From the human T2T-CHM13v2.0 reference genome, Homo sapiens, in NCBI RefSeq assembly GCF_009914755.1, contig NC_060931.1: 64,000 bases of DNA. The stretch is one strand, 5' to 3'. Made by a program: the position numbers and the translations under genes. Numbering within the stretch: the first letter of the stretch is position 1; each line of letters starts with the position of its first letter. Positions 1 through 18,650 of the stretch are shown in pieces. A model generated the notes under the pieces. The model was given only the letters and a program-made list of their open reading frames with translations, did not search any database and was not told where the DNA came from.

Positions 1-1541
1 AGCTTCCGGGCTGGCCTGGGCAGAGGCTATGGTGGGGCCAGCAGCATGGGAGGCATCACTGCCGTCATGGTCAACCAGAACCTGCTGAGCCCCCTGAACC
101 TGGAGGTGGACCCCAACATCCAGGCCATGCGCACCCAGGAGAAGGAGCAGATCAAGACCCTCAACAAGAAGTTTCCCTCCTTCATTGACAAGGTACGTTT
201 CCTGGAGCAGCAGAACAAGATGCTGGAGACCAAGGGGAGCCTCCTGCAGCAGCAGAAGATGGCTTGGAGCAACGTGGACATGTTCGAGAGCTACATCAAC
301 AACTTTATGCAGCGGCTGGAGACTCTGAGCCAGGAGAAGCCGAAGCTGGAGGCAGAGCTTGGCAACATGCAGAGGCTGGCGGAGAACTTCAAGAAAAAGT
401 ATGAGGATGAAATCAATAAGCGTACAGAGATGGAGAATGAATTTCTCCTCAGATGTGGGTGAAGCTTACATGAACAAGGTAGAGCTGGAGTCTCGCCTGG
501 AAGCGCTGACTGAAGAGATCAGCTTCCTCAGGCAGCTGTATGAAGAAGAGATCCAGGAGCTGCAGTCCTAGATCTCGGACACGTCTGTGGTGCTGTCCAT
601 GGACAACAGCTGCTCCCTGGACATGGACAGCATCATCGCTGAGGTCAGGGCTCAGTACAAGGTGATCGCCAACCGCAGCCTGACTGAGGCTGAGAGCACG
701 GACCAGATGAAGTATGAGGAGCTGCAGATGCTGGCTGGGAAGCGCTGGGATGACCTGGGGCGTACAAAGGCTGAGATCTCCGAGATGAACCGGAACATCA
801 GCTGGCTCCAGGCTGAGATTGAGGGCCTCAAAGGCCAGAGGGCTTCCCTAGAGGCCGCCGTCACAGACGCAGAGCAGCCCGGGGAGCTGGCCATGAAGGG
901 TGCCAAAGCCAAGCTGTCTGAGCTGGAGACCGCCCTGCAGCTAGCCAAGCAGGACATGGCTCAGCAGCTGCGTGAGTACAGGAACTGGCCCTGGACGCCT
1001 ACAGGAAGCTGCTGGAGGGCGAGGAGAGCTGGCTGGAGTCTGGGATGCAGAACATGAGTATCCATACGAAGACCACCTGTGGCTATGCAGGTGGTCTGAG
1101 CTCTCCTACGGGCGCCTCACAAGCCCCGGCCTCAGCTACGGCCTGGGCTCCAGCTTTGGCTCTGGCGCGGGCTCCAGCTCCTTCAGCCACACCAGCTCCA
1201 CCAGGGCCGTGGCTGTGAAGATCAAGACCCGCGATGGGAAGCTGGCGTCCGAGTCCTCTGACATTCTGCCCAAGTGAACAGCTGCGACAGCCCCTCCCAG
1301 CCTGCCCCTCCTGTGGCTGCCCCAGAGCCGGGGAGGGAGGCCGCTGTGCAGGGGAGCAAAGGGAACAGGAGACCCACCTGAGGCTCACCCCTAGCTCTCA
1401 GCCCACCCACGGGGGAGTTTACTGCCTGGGGACACCCTTTGCCCATGCCTCCAGCTACAAAACAATTCAACTGCTTTTTTTTTTTTTTTTTTTTTTTTTG
1501 TACAAAATAAAACCTCAGCTAGCTCTTTCAAAAAAAAAAAA
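1..1541 (+). pseudogene. Keratin 8 (KRT8) processed pseudogene; 5' part lies outside the window (possibly KRT8P20, from memory)
   Basis: Intronless fragments match KRT8 ([35 protein letters not shown]; [17 protein letters not shown]; C-terminal KIKTRDGKLASESSDILPK with stop at 1275-1277). Disruptions: frameshift deletion near 450, TAG at 569-571, deletions near 980-1000. 3'UTR has a T25 run (1475-1499), AATAAA at 1506-1511 and an A-tail at 1530-1541. Confidence 0.95.
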
Positions 1542-2007
1542 TCAGTCCCACAAGGTCCCATCAGTCTCATTCTGCAGGCCAATGAGGATTTTCTTCATAT
1601 TTTCAATGTGTTGAGAAGAATCTGCAGAATGTTAGGACATATACAGACAGATGAAAATACTCACACAAGGAGTAAGAAAACCTTCAGAGGAGGCAAATTT
1701 GCAAAGCAAGAACTGTGCCCCTCCCCAGTTCTAAGTCAACAACCACCCCATTAAGAGTCTATCTTAATTCTGGGGCTGTCAGCAGGTTTCCTTTCGCCTG
1801 CTCTTATTTGTTCATTTTATGGAACACAGTAGTCTGCCTTTTTTTTCATGTCTAAACTCATTTCCTGTTGAGAAAGTTCATAACCATGGCACAACAGTAA
1901 TCATCTTGCATAAGTTACTCAGCTCCTTTCTGCTCTTGTTTCCTCATCTCCAAAATAAGAATAAAAATAATACTTCTTTTATAAGGTTGTGTTGAGGATC
2001 AAAATAG

Positions 2008-2428
<421 letters not shown>

Positions 2429-2462
2429 CCAGGACTCTTATTTTCTAAATCCTATTAGAACA

Positions 2463-2765
2463 TCTTCTTTTTCTTTTTTTTAAAGTCAGGATCTCACTCT
2501 GTCATCCAGGCTGGAGGGTGGTAGCACAATCATAGCTCACTGTCACCTGCAACTCCTGGGCTCTAGTGATCCTCCCACCTCAGCCCCACTGAGTAGCTGA
2601 GACTACAGGTGCATGCCACTACATGGGGCTAATGTATTAATTTTTTTTGTAGAGATGGAATCTTGCTATGTTGCCCAGGCTGGTCTTGAACTCCTGGCTT
2701 CAAGAGATCATCCCATATCAGCCTCCCAAAGTGTTGGGATTTCAGGTGTGAGCCACTGCACCAGC
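2463..2765 (-). mobile_element. AluJ-type SINE
   Basis: Diverged Alu; TSD cctattagaaca at 2451-2462 and 2766-2777. Confidence 0.9.
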
Positions 2766-3389
2766 CCTATTAGAACAAATTTCTAAATTATATGGGAATG
2801 TACAAAAACAAAAGATAAATCTGCCTGTAGAACCTTAAAACAGTTTCATGGTCCTCATAAGGTTCTTCATATTCAGGAGAGCGGGCATTGCAACATGTAA
2901 AGCCTATCTCGAAGAAAGAGACTTTTGCCCAAAGTCTATATAGACTAAGCCTCTGTCTACATTATGTCTTCTTCTCAAATCACCTCCTTGACTTCATATT
3001 ACCATAATAATCCACATCCCATTATAAACTTTTAGCTTTTAGCCAGATAGGCTGTTTTGCAAAAGAGGAAGGCAATGGGGGGCTTTTGATGTTACTTTTC
3101 AGGAGTAGTTTTCCTTACCTTCTTCCTGTTGGGCCCCTGGGATCTTATCTGCCTTTAAGTGTTATAATAATTCCAGGTGCATTAGAGTATCCAATATGCC
3201 ACTGAAATCTACCTCTCCCCTGATATTAACCATACACCAAATAAAAGCAGCACATAATAAAATCATCCACATCCCAAAATAGAAAAAGCACCCAAATTGT
3301 TTAAATTTTACATAGGGAGTAAGTTGTATCACACTCTATGCTAACCATGTTTATAACCATTTATGCTTGCACATATGTAATTTAAACAG

Positions 3390-4473
3390 CTATTATTGAG
3401 CATCTGCTCCATGTATGTCAGGCACTAGACTGGGCACTGGCAACATACTGGAACAATAACAGGGGTGGTTCTGTTGGGGAGGCAGCTAAGACAGACCAAA
3501 CAGTGGGAGTCCCAGAGGTTTACTCAATAATCATGCTAATTAATACAAGCAAACCTTCCAACTGAGTTCAGTGTTCCAGGTAAAAAGGAATGTAATACAA
3601 AAAGCTGACCTGGGCTTGTGGGTCATGGAAAATTTCTCTGCGGAAGAGACATATGACAAATAAAGAATTGTGAAGTTACCCAAGGTAAGAGAAGAAAGAA
3701 CATATCATGAAGCTAGATCAGGAAGCACAAAGGCCCTATGGTGGGAAAGAAGATGGCCAGTAAAAGATGCGTGAGTCATTCATGAGACAGGAACCACTGG
3801 CAGAAGACAGGATTTGTGGGGGAAGAGCCTCAGTTCAGTCTGGGACATGAGGTGTCTGAAATACCTTTGAGACATATCAAGGGAAAATATGAAATAGGTG
3901 GTTGGATATATACATCTGGAACTCAAAGGAAATGTCTGAGCCAAAGACATAACTAGATATAAATAGCTTACAGATAGCAGTTAAAATTAATGATCTTGGA
4001 TACAGTTGCCTGGAAAGAAAGCATATAATGAAAAAAGACCACCTTGACAGACTTCACTTTTAATGGCTGAGTAGCAGATAAGCCCACCAACTAGGTTAAG
4101 AAGGAGCATCAGAGAGGTAGAAAGGACACCAGGAGAATGTGGTAGCACCCAAGGCAAGGGGAGGAAGAGCTGCAAGAAGGTGGAAGTTGTTAATAGTATT
4201 TAAGAACATTGCTGAATCATGTAGTAAAATAAGGTCTGAACATCATTGGATGTATTTGAGGACAGGGAGATCACTGTTGACTTTATCAGAGCTGGTTCAG
4301 GGCAGTGATTGTGGGAATGGGAGAGTGATGGGCCATGACATTCAGCCTTAAATAGGTTGAGGAAAGATTGGGAGTTAAGAAAGTGGAGACAAAAATTTTA
4401 GGCATCTCTTTCAAGAAATCTGGTTGTGAAGGAGAAAAGAGATATGCAGTGGTGGGATAAAAAGTGATTTGAG
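3390..4473 (-). mobile_element. L2 LINE remnant (host of the L1 below)
   Basis: tattgagcatctgct..tgtcaggcact L2 3'-end motif followed by purine-rich decayed sequence that resumes after 11070. Confidence 0.55.
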
Positions 4474-4496
4474 TAGCTGTTTGCCTGGATTGGCAA

Positions 4497-4822
4497 CCTG
4501 AGCCGCCCCACCCTTCCCGTGCAGCGATCTGGGTGCAGAGGGGCCCTCTCCACTCCATGCCAGACAGATCTCCAGGCATTCAGACACCTGCTCACTGGAA
4601 CAGCAGTCTGAGTCACCCCAATCTTCCTGTGCGGAGATCCTGGTGCAGGAGGCCCTCCCCACTCTACACCCAGGCAGAATCTCCATGCGTCTGAAGCACC
4701 TACCCTCCTGGGTTAGAAGTTTAGGCTGACCCCAATCTCCAGGCAGAGAACTCAGGGATGAGGAGGTCTTGCAGCTCCATGCCGAGGCACACCTCTGGAT
4801 GCGAGGTGGCCATCCACTGGAT
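4497..4822 (+). repeat. About three diverged ~110-bp tandem monomers in the L1 5' region
   Basis: Units start near 4497, 4607 and 4725 (ctgag..cccca..cttcc.gtgc.g.gatc..ggtgcag..ggccct). Confidence 0.7.
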
Positions 4823-5053
4823 TCTCCCTCAGTGCTGGTACTTGTGCCTGCCATCAGGGGACCTACAGGTGGACCTGCCTGGTCTGGCCCTGCCCATCTT
4901 GCTTCCTCCCCTCCACTGGGGCTGAAGAGGGAGCTCAGACCACCGTGCACTCCATGAATCAACCCATTTCCTGAGGCAAGCGAGAGCTTCTTCCAGTAAA
5001 AAAAAAAAAAATGCTATGTGGATGGGATCACATATATTCCCATCCACATAGCA

Positions 5054-5339
<286 letters not shown>

Positions 5340-8300
5340 ACACAGCCAGCTCTTACCCATAAGCGCCATCTATTGGCTTGTAGGTCAAATTGCACAGCCC
5401 AATATAAAACCTGGTGACAGAAGAGCATAGGGCTACGCAAGCAAAGCCAAAAGACCCTACCCAGCATTCTCTACAGTCACACACCCTGGGGTGGGAAGGA
5501 AGGAAAGGGAAAGAAGAAAAAAACAATAATATTATTGGAAAAAAGGAAAGAAAAAGAAAAAATTCTACCTGCATGAAAATAGTTACTAAAATTAGAAGGG
5601 CAAGCATCTCTAGATGAAAAGGAACTAGTGCAAGAAACCTGGCAAAATCTGAATGTAGTGACAGTACCAAAGGATCACACTAGCTCCCCAGCAATAGTCC
5701 CTAACTAAAATGGAAACTCAGAAATGATAGCTAGATAGATAAATAATTCAAGGCATGGATTGCAAGTAAGCAGCAATGAGATCCAAGACAAGGTTGAAAG
5801 TCAACAAAAAGACATTTCTAAAGCAATCCAGGAAAGGAAGGAAGAGGTAAACATCTTCAAAAGAAATCAACCAGAACTTCTGGAATTGAAAAACTCACCT
5901 AAGGAATTTCAAACTACAATTGAAATCTTTATGAACAGACTGCACCAAGCAGAAGAAAGAATTTCAAAGCTTGAAGACTGATTTTTTGAACTACCCAGTT
6001 AGATAAAAATAAAGAGAAGAGAATTTTTTAAAATGAACACAGTTTTCAAGAAATATTGGATTATGTGAAGTGACCAAAATTATGAATTACTGGACATTAA
6101 CAATAGATACAGAAGAGAAGAAAACAACCATGAAAACATTTGAGGCAATAATTCAAGAAAAGTTCCTAATCTTGCTAGAGAGATAGACATCCAGATACAA
6201 GAAATCTAGAGAACACATGTGAGATAGTGTACAAACTAAACATCATCAATGCATATAGTCACCAGACTGCCCAAAGTCAATGCTAAAGAAAAAAATCTTA
6301 AAGGCAGCAAAAGAAAAAGGTCAGATCACATACAAAAAGAACCCCATCAGGCTAACAGTAGACTTCTCAGAAGAAACCTTACAAGCCAGGAGAGATTGGA
6401 GGCCTATTTTCAGTATTCTTAAAGAAAAGAAATTCCAACCAAGAATTTCATATCCTGCCAAACTAAGCTCTATAAGCAAAGGAGAAATAAAATATTTTCC
6501 AGACAAGCAAGTACTAACGGAATTCATTACCAGTAGACCTTCCTTACAAGAGATCCTTCAGGAATTTCTCAACATGAGAACAAAATAATGATACCTACTA
6601 CCACAAAAACACACATAGCCCACAGACCCTATAAAGCACCACACTATAGAAACTACAAGGCCACCAGTTAACAACTTCATAACAAGATCAAAACCTCACA
6701 TATCAATATTAATCTTGAATGTAAATGGTCTCAATGCCCCACTTAAAAGGCACAGAGTGGCAAACTGGATTTAAAAAAATAAGACCCATTCATCTTCTGT
6801 TTTCAAGAGGCCTATCTCACATGAAATGACACTCATAGGCTCAAAGTAAAGAGTTGGAGAAAAAAATCTGTCATGCAAATGGAACACAGAAAAGAGCAGG
6901 GGTCGCTATTCTTATATCAAATAAAACAGATTTTAAACCAACAACAGTAAAAAATGACAAAGAAGGACATTGCATAATGATAAAAGATTCAATTTACAGA
7001 GGACTTAACTATCCTTAATATATATGCACCCAATATTGGAGCACGCAGATTCACGAAACAAGTACTTCTAGACCTATAAAAAGACTTGGACAGTCACACA
7101 ACAATAGTGGAGGACTATCAACACCCCACTGACAGCATTGACAGACTATCAAGGCAGAAAACCAACAAAGAAACTCTGGACTTAAATTCAACACTTGACT
7201 GATTGGATCTAATAGACATCCACAGAAAACTCCACCCAACAACCTTGGAATATATATTCTTTTTATTTGCACATGGAACATACTCCAAAATCAACCACAT
7301 GGTAGGTCATAAAGCAAGTCCTAATAAATTCAAATAAATCAAAATAATTCCAAACGTCCTCTCTGATCACAGTGGAATAAAACCAGAAATTAATACCAAG
7401 AAGTCTTTCAAAACCACGCAATTACATGGAAATTAAACAATTTGCTCCTAAATGACTTTGGGATAAACAAATAAAGCAGAAATAAAAAATCCTTTGAAAT
7501 AAAAGAAAACAGAGACACAACATACCAAAATCTCTGGGACACAACAAAATCAGCATTAAGACAAAAGTTTATAGTGCTAAAGACCTACCTCAAAAAGTTA
7601 GAAAGATCTCAAATTAACACTCTAACATTACACCCAAAGGAACTAGAAAAACAAGGACAAACTAACTCTTACACAAGCAGAAGAAAAGACATAACTAAAA
7701 CCAGAACAGAACTGAGCAACGTTGAGACCCCGAAATCCATGCACATAATCACATAACCAAATGTTTGTTCATTGAAAGGATAGATAAGATCAATTGCTGC
7801 TAGCTAGATTAGTGTAGAAATAGACAGAAGATCCAAATAAGCACAATCAGAAAGACAAAGGTGGCATACAACCAATCCCACAGAAATATAAAAGATCCTC
7901 AGAGACTATTATGAACCTAGAGAAAATGGATAAATTCCTGGAAACACACAGTCTGCCAATATTGAATCAGGAAGAAATTGAAACCCTGAATAAACCAATA
8001 TTGAGTTCCAAAATTGAATCAGTAATTAAAAAAAAAAAAAACCTACCTACCCAAAAAGCCCTGGACCAGGTGGATTCACAGCCGAATTCTATCAAACATT
8101 CAAAGAGGAGTTGATACCAATCCTACTGAAAGTATTTCAAAAAATCAAGGCGGAGAGACTTCTCCCTAACTCCTTCTATGAAGCCAGCATCACTCCGATA
8201 CTAAAACCTGGCAAAGACACAACAAGAAAAGAAAACTACAGGTCAATATCCCTGCTGAACATAGATGGAAAAAATCCTCAAAAAATTACTACCAAAGCAA

Positions 8301-8928
8301 ATCTAGCAACACATCAAAAAATTAATTCTCTATGATCAAGTAGGCTTCATTCCTGAGATGCAAAGTTGGTGCAACATATACAAATCAATAAATGTGATTC
8401 ATCACATAAACAGAACTAAAAACAAAAACCATATGATCATCACAATGTGGAAAATGTTTTTTAATAAAATTCAACATCTCTCCATGATTAAAACCCTCAA
8501 GAAACTATGCTTAGAAGCAATATATGTCAAACTAATAAGAGCCATCTATGCAAACCCACAGCCAACATCATACTGAATGAGCAAAAACTCAGACCATTTC
8601 CCCTGAGAACCAGAAAAGGATGCCCACTCTCACCACTCTTATTCAACATAGTACTAGAAGTCCTTGCCAGAGCAATGAGGCAAGAGAAAAAAATAAAAGG
8701 CATCCAAATAGGAAAAAAGTCAAACTACCTCTCTTTTCTGATGATATGGTTATATACCTGGAAAACCCTAAAGACTCTACCAAAAGTCTCCTGGAACTGA
8801 TAAATGACTTAGTAAAGTTTCAGGATACAAAATCAGTGTACAAAAATCAATAGCATTTCTACATATCAATAACCTTTAAGCAGAGAGCCAAATCGGGAAT
8901 GCAATCCCATTCACAATAGCTGCCGAGA

Positions 8929-8989
8929 GAAGGAAGGGAAGGGAAGAGAAGGGCAGGGCAGGGCAGGGCAGGGCAGGGCAGGGCAGGGC
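8929..8989 (+). repeat. (GGGAA)n-(GGGCA)8 microsatellite within L1 ORF2
   Basis: Direct reading. Confidence 0.95.
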
Positions 8990-9844
8990 CTAGGAATACA
9001 TCTAACCAAGGAGATGAACTACAAGTTCTACAAGGAGATCTACAAAACACTGCTGGAAGAATCATAGATGACACAAACAAATGGAAAAACTTTCCCTGCT
9101 CATGGTTTGGGAGAATCAATATGCTTAAAATGGCCATGCTGCCCAAAGCAATCTACAGATTCAATATTACTGCTATCAAGCTACCAATGTCATTTTTCAT
9201 GGAGCTGGAAAAAACTATTCTAAAATTCATATGGAACCAAAAAAGAGCCAAAATAGACAAAGCAACCCTAAGCAAAAAGAACAAAGCAGTAGACATCACA
9301 TTACTTGACTTCAAACTACACTGTAAGTTAACAGTCACCAAAACAGCATGGTACTTGTACGAAGACAGAAAGATAGGCCAATGGAACAGAATAGAGAACC
9401 CAGAAATAAAGCCACATACCTACAGCCATCTGATCCTTGACAAAGTCGACAAAAATAAGTAATGGGGAAAGCACTCCCTATTCAATAAATAATGCTGGGA
9501 TAGCTGGCTAGGCTTATACAAAAGAAAGAAACTGCCCCCCTCTCTTTCACCAAATACAAAAACTAATTCAAGATTATTTAAAGACTTAAATGTAAGACTT
9601 CAAACTATAAGAATCCTAGAACAAAACCTAGGAAACACCTTTCTGGACATTGGCCTTGGAAAAGAATTTATAACTAGGTCCTCAAAAGTAACTACAACAA
9701 AACCAAAAGTTAACAAGTAGGACATAATTAAACTAAAGAGCTTCTAGACAGCAAAACAATCAATACAGTAAACAGACAACATATAGAATGGGGGAAAATA
9801 TTCACAAGTTCTGCGTGTGACAAAGGTCTAATATCCAGAATCTA

Positions 9845-10321
<477 letters not shown>

Positions 10322-11740
10322 TCAGGGAGCTGCAAATCAATACCACAACACACCAGTCAGAATGGCTATTACTAAAAAGTTAAAAAAAACAATAGACGCT
10401 GGCAAGACTGTGGAGAAAACAGAATACTTACACACTGTTGGTGGGAATGTACAATTAGTTCAGCCACAGTGTAAAGCATTGTGGGGATTTCTCAAAGAAA
10501 AAAGAACTACCATTCAACCCAGCAATCCCATTGCTGTGTATATAGCTGAGAGAAAAGAAATCATTCAACCAAAAAGACACATTCACTTCTATGTTCATCA
10601 CAGCACTCTTCGCAATAGCAAAGTCATGGAGTCAACCTAGGTGCCCATCAACAGTGGACTGGTTAAAGCAAATATGGTGCATATACGCCATGGAATACTA
10701 TGCAGCCATAAAAAGGAATGAAATCATTTCCTTTGCAGAAATATGTATGCAGCTGGAAGCCATTATCCTAAGTGAATTAACATAGGAACAGAAAACCCAA
10801 TGTTGCATGTTCTCACTTATAAGTGGGAGCTAAACAATGGGTACTCATGGACACAAAGCACGGAATAATAGACACTGGGGACTACTATAGAGGACGGGGA
10901 GGGAGTGGGGCAAGGGCTGAAAAAAAACTACCTATTGGACACTGTTCAGTACCTGGGTGATGGGATCAATTGTACCCCAAACCTCAGCATTATGCAGTAT
11001 GTCCAGCTTGCACATGTAATGCCTTAATTTAAAATGTGAGTTGAAATTATTTTTAAAAACTAATTTGAGATTGAGAGAGGGCTTTGTTTTGCTTTACCTT
11101 TTTAATTATGAAAATAATTATATATGAAATAGCATATACAATATGCATATATATGTATGTGTATAGATAGGTGTGTGTGTGTGTGTGTGCAGTTTAAAGA
11201 ATAAAAATAAATATCCATGGCTTCACATCCACCTTCAGGAAAAGAACATTACCAGAACTTTAGAATTTCTTGTGGTCCCTCGCCAATCGTATCACGCTGA
11301 AGGGAAATTATTTTTAAGATAAAAGAGATTCGAGCACATTTATATGGTAATGGGAAGCATCTAGTTGAGAAGAACTGGCTGAATATGCAGTAGATTAAAG
11401 AAAAGGATATTTGATAGTGAGGCATTATTGCAATAGCAAGAGTGAATAGGCTCTAAGGCACAGTAGAAGGTGTGGCCATGTATTAGAAGAGGTGCAGGTC
11501 TGATGAGGGGAAATTAGATAGGTTTGGTGTTAGAAAGTTCAGGAAGTTCCTTTTTGATGCTTCACAACTCTCAGTAAAATAGGAAATGGGCTCATCTGCT
11601 GAAAACAAAAAATCTTCAAGGAAAGATGGGGCGTGATTTGAAGTAGTCATTGTTGAGAGTTGGAGGATGAGTTGCTCAGAGAAGTTTAATAGTTCTGCTG
11701 ACCAGTGTTGAGGGCCTATTTGAGGCTGATCATGTATTTT

Positions 11741-13551
<1,811 letters not shown>

Positions 13552-13612
13552 TTAAGTGACATCAATCTGCTCTGTTGTGTGTCTTTCTCTTTCTTTCTCC
13601 AGGAATATTTGG

Positions 13613-13971
13613 TGATATGGTTTGGCTGTGTCCCCACCTAAATATCATCTTGAATTATAGTTCCTATAATCCCCATGTGTCATGGGAGGGACCCGGTGGG
13701 AGGTTATTGAATTATAGGGGCAGGTACCCTCTTGCTGCTGTTCTTGTAATAGTGAGTGAGTTCTCACGAGATTTTCTCCCCTTTTTGCTCGGCACTTCTT
13801 CTTCCTGCCATCAAGTAAAGAAGGATGTGTTTGTTTCCCCTTCAGCCATGATCATAATTTTCCTGAGGCCTCCACAGCCATGTGGAACTGTGAGTCAATA
13901 AAACCTCTTTCCTTTATAAATTACCCAGTCTTTGGCAGTCCTTTATAGCAGGGTGAGAACAGACTGATACA
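13613..13971 (+). mobile_element. THE1 (THE1C/D-like) MaLR solo LTR
   Basis: tgatatggtttggctgtgtcccc...gactgataca; 5-bp TSD tttgg. Confidence 0.88.
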
Positions 13972-16900
13972 TTTGGCCATTTAAATGTAAGTGTAGAAAA
14001 AAAGAAACTTGGAGAGTTGCAGTTCTGCTGGACACATGAAGAAAATACTGAGGATCAAAGTAGTAGAGAATATTAGCAAGAGCTTAAAAAGAAATCCACA
14101 TTATGATAGAAGGGAGAGGAACAAAAGAGAGTCACAAGACCAGAATTTCCAGTGAGGATGGAGGGTGGTCAGCCAGGAGTAGGAGGCTTGAATGAATGAT
14201 TTGGAGGTAACAGAAGTTTGGATGATAACACAGCCCAAGCTGCAGTGGGAAGGATCACTCATCCTCCACTCCTGGCACTGCCTTTATTTGGAGTGGTTCT
14301 CTTTGTCCTTCATTCACCTCTACTCTGTGAGATGAAGAGCTTCTCTGATTGGTAAGCTGAGAGAAGAAGTTATTCATGAGTACCCAGTTATGTTCTCCCT
14401 TGCACTGCCCCAAGGAGCGCATTCTGATCTGCTTTGCTGACTTTCTCCTGGAGAAGCCTGTACCCATTCAGCCAGGCAAATGCATTTAATTCTAGGGCCC
14501 ACTATCGGGAATCTTATTGTTGGCTGCATGGCTAATTCAGCATCTGTAATAATGATGAGAAATTCATTTCCATCTATCTTGCTCTTTCTTTATCTTATAA
14601 TTCGTTCAGAACTTAATTAGAAAAGAGGAGTGTAATTATTTATGGCCCATCTTCAATCCAACACCATAATTTTTAGAGATGGAAGCTTGGGAACTGTGGA
14701 GGGGAAGGCCATTAGAAACGGAGTGATCAAAGAACAGAGAGACCGAAGTGTTAGATGAGTTCTTCCAATAGATGTTGGAGTCACTCAGGATGTGGGACTT
14801 GGGACAGAGAGGAGGGTTAGCAACCAGGTTTCACAATATTTAATCCACGGGGAGGACTGAGCATGAGATCAGGTCAAGGGTATGGTGTGAGCCAACAAAG
14901 AGCTGAATTTTGTTTTGTTTTATTTTTTTAAACTGCTCATGTCTAATGTTTGGAAATGGCAATGGGAACAAACAGGAAACCAGCTCCATGACCTATAAAT
15001 GGGTCAACAGCAAAGTCATGTGGAGCATGACAGAGATGATGGCATAGTGAGATTAACAGCCACGGGAACTCAGGCTTTGGAACTGAAGGAACAACAGCAG
15101 GGCTTCCAGGCAGGGATGATTTAGTCTAAACAGTCTGAGTAGTCAGGAGTTCGCTTCCTCAGCCTGGAAACAGAAGATGAAAGGACTGATTCCCAGCAAT
15201 TGCAGTCCCTACTCACATGGACCAGGATGGGGACCAACCCAAAAGCTGATAGTTTTTGTGTTCATGCACAGCTGACCCTAGAGGTTTCAGGCCTCATTCG
15301 TGTGACTTAGGGAGTTGGTCCCACAGCCTAGTGGATTGAGGTGAGCCCTGTGGCTGAAAGCTCACGACGCAGGCTATAGGCACCCCCTCCACCGCTACAG
15401 CCATCCTCACCTGTGTACCCATGCACCTAGCTAAAACAGAGTGCTGAACACCTCCAGATGCACTCTCCTTTACTAGGAAATTAAAAGAAACTTGTGGACA
15501 AGAAGACTTACCCATAAATCTTCTTAGTACCCATTACTTTTTGGTGCGATTTCGAGAAGGCTTTGCAGCCCACCACAACAGGGCTTCTATCATAAGGACT
15601 TCTAACTGAAGTTACAAAGGGAGCTGAGGAAGGCAGGCTGGTTGCAAGGTTAGTATCTTCTACCCTTTAAACAGGGAGTGAGAGTAGTATCAGGTGTGTG
15701 ACAAAACAGATGTATGCAAATAAATAAAATGAATTTTTAAAAGCAAATCTCGTTTCCCTTTATGCATACCCATTCCTTCTCAGCCATGGATAACTGGATA
15801 TCGATCTTGTCTTTTTCTGCTATTCTATTCTCTCCTGTTTTAAAACTTCATCTCATTGAGGTAAATATTCCATTGAAGTGAACTATTACCTCCGTGGAAG
15901 CTCCTAGCTTCCTCTCTGAAACTCCTTCCCATCCTAAGGTCTTCGCTCACCTCTTATTGACCCCACTTCCATTTCCACAGGCACTGGTGTTCCAATCTTT
16001 GGGCAGCATCAGGGAGAAGTGCCTGCTTCCATGCACTGACACACTTGGGTGGAAATGTGAGGGAGTCACACACATCTCCATTTCCATCCACATCGACTTG
16101 GCCTTGGCACTCAACTGCAGCAGTTTCCCTCAGCTCCTTCACCCTAAATGTGCCCAGCGTTGTTTTTTTTTGTGTGTGGCAGTTAGACTACTTTCAGGTA
16201 CCTAGGTGGGCCCTCCTCCAGCCTCATCATTGGGTGACCCTCTGGAAACATAACCACTTCCTCCTGCATTCCAGCGCCTGGTGCGCCCTACAGCTTGAGA
16301 TCACTTTGTCCGAGCAGCACGGGCTGCTGCAGATTCCATCTCTCACAAAACAAACCCCATCAAGAAGCAAATCCTCGATTGTCTTCAGACAGATTCCCCA
16401 AAAGAACACTCGGAGATGAAGAATTGGATGCACATGATTTATTAAGAAAATGCTTTCAGAAATAAAAAGGAAATAAACCAGTAGGGGAGTGAGGGTGGGG
16501 AATGGGAGGCAAAGGGGAAGAAGGCAAGCCAGGGTGAGCTTTCGGGCAGATTCGTGGGGAGGATGGCTGCAGCCTGACCCCTCAGGTGAACTTTGGAGTA
16601 TAAATGAGCCTCAGAGATGCCTGGACCTGAGGCAGGGAGCAGGCAGTCTTCTTCCCAACTCCACACCCACACCCACTAGTCATTGGTAAAGGGCCATCAG
16701 GTGGGGCACCAGCTCCCAGCCACCTGGAACTCTGAGCTCCTGCAGAGAAGGCAACTCTGAGAGCATGGGGAAGTCCCCTGCAAGACGTGCAGGTGCAGAC
16801 CTTTGAAAGCAGAAGAAGCCTTCCAACAATCCCAGGGGACCGACAGGGGACAGGGCAAGGGGGCAGGGCATGATGCTCTTCCCTGCCTCCAAAATCCTGT

Positions 16901-17528
16901 TCCCCAAACTTTTCCTCATCTTCCAACTCTTCCAGCATAGCCCCATATCTTTACCTTGACGGGCCAGCCAGCAGCTCTTCTGGTGCGTTTACCCTCCCCA
17001 GGTCCTTTCATCTCAAAACCAACCTGCTCACCATTGCCAGCTTTGTCATGTTTGTCACGTCAGTCCTTGGTTTTGTGTGTCTCGTGTGTGTCCACGTGTG
17101 GCCATGTGCACACACATGTATATGTATGAAAGCATTAGTCACAGGGGAAGAGAAAGCAGAACTCACCATTTTTTGTTTCAAATTATCAGCAATTCACATC
17201 TTCCCACAAAGCAGGAGCATTGCCTTTTTTGAAGCCCATCTATCACTCCCACTTCTTCATTGGGTGCCAGCTCATCTTAATCCACGTTGCTGGGCAGGGC
17301 CTCAGATAGAACTCACACACTCCCTTTAGGCTGCTCAAGCTTTTCCTCTGCTGTCTGTGCATCCTATCACGCCTACCACAAACTGTCCCGAACAGTTCTC
17401 AGTTTATTCCAGCCACACCCTGGATCTCCCTAGTGATGTGCTCATTTCTTTGAAAGTTGCCTTTAAGACACACCCATCACTCCTGCTCACCCCTCGAATC
17501 CTGTCATTGGTTGAGGTTGATTCAGTTG

Positions 17529-18650
<1,122 letters not shown>

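Noticed and set aside
46-1277. Keratin ORFs as a functional gene
   Set aside because: Frameshifts, premature stop, no introns and an A-tail indicate a processed pseudogene.
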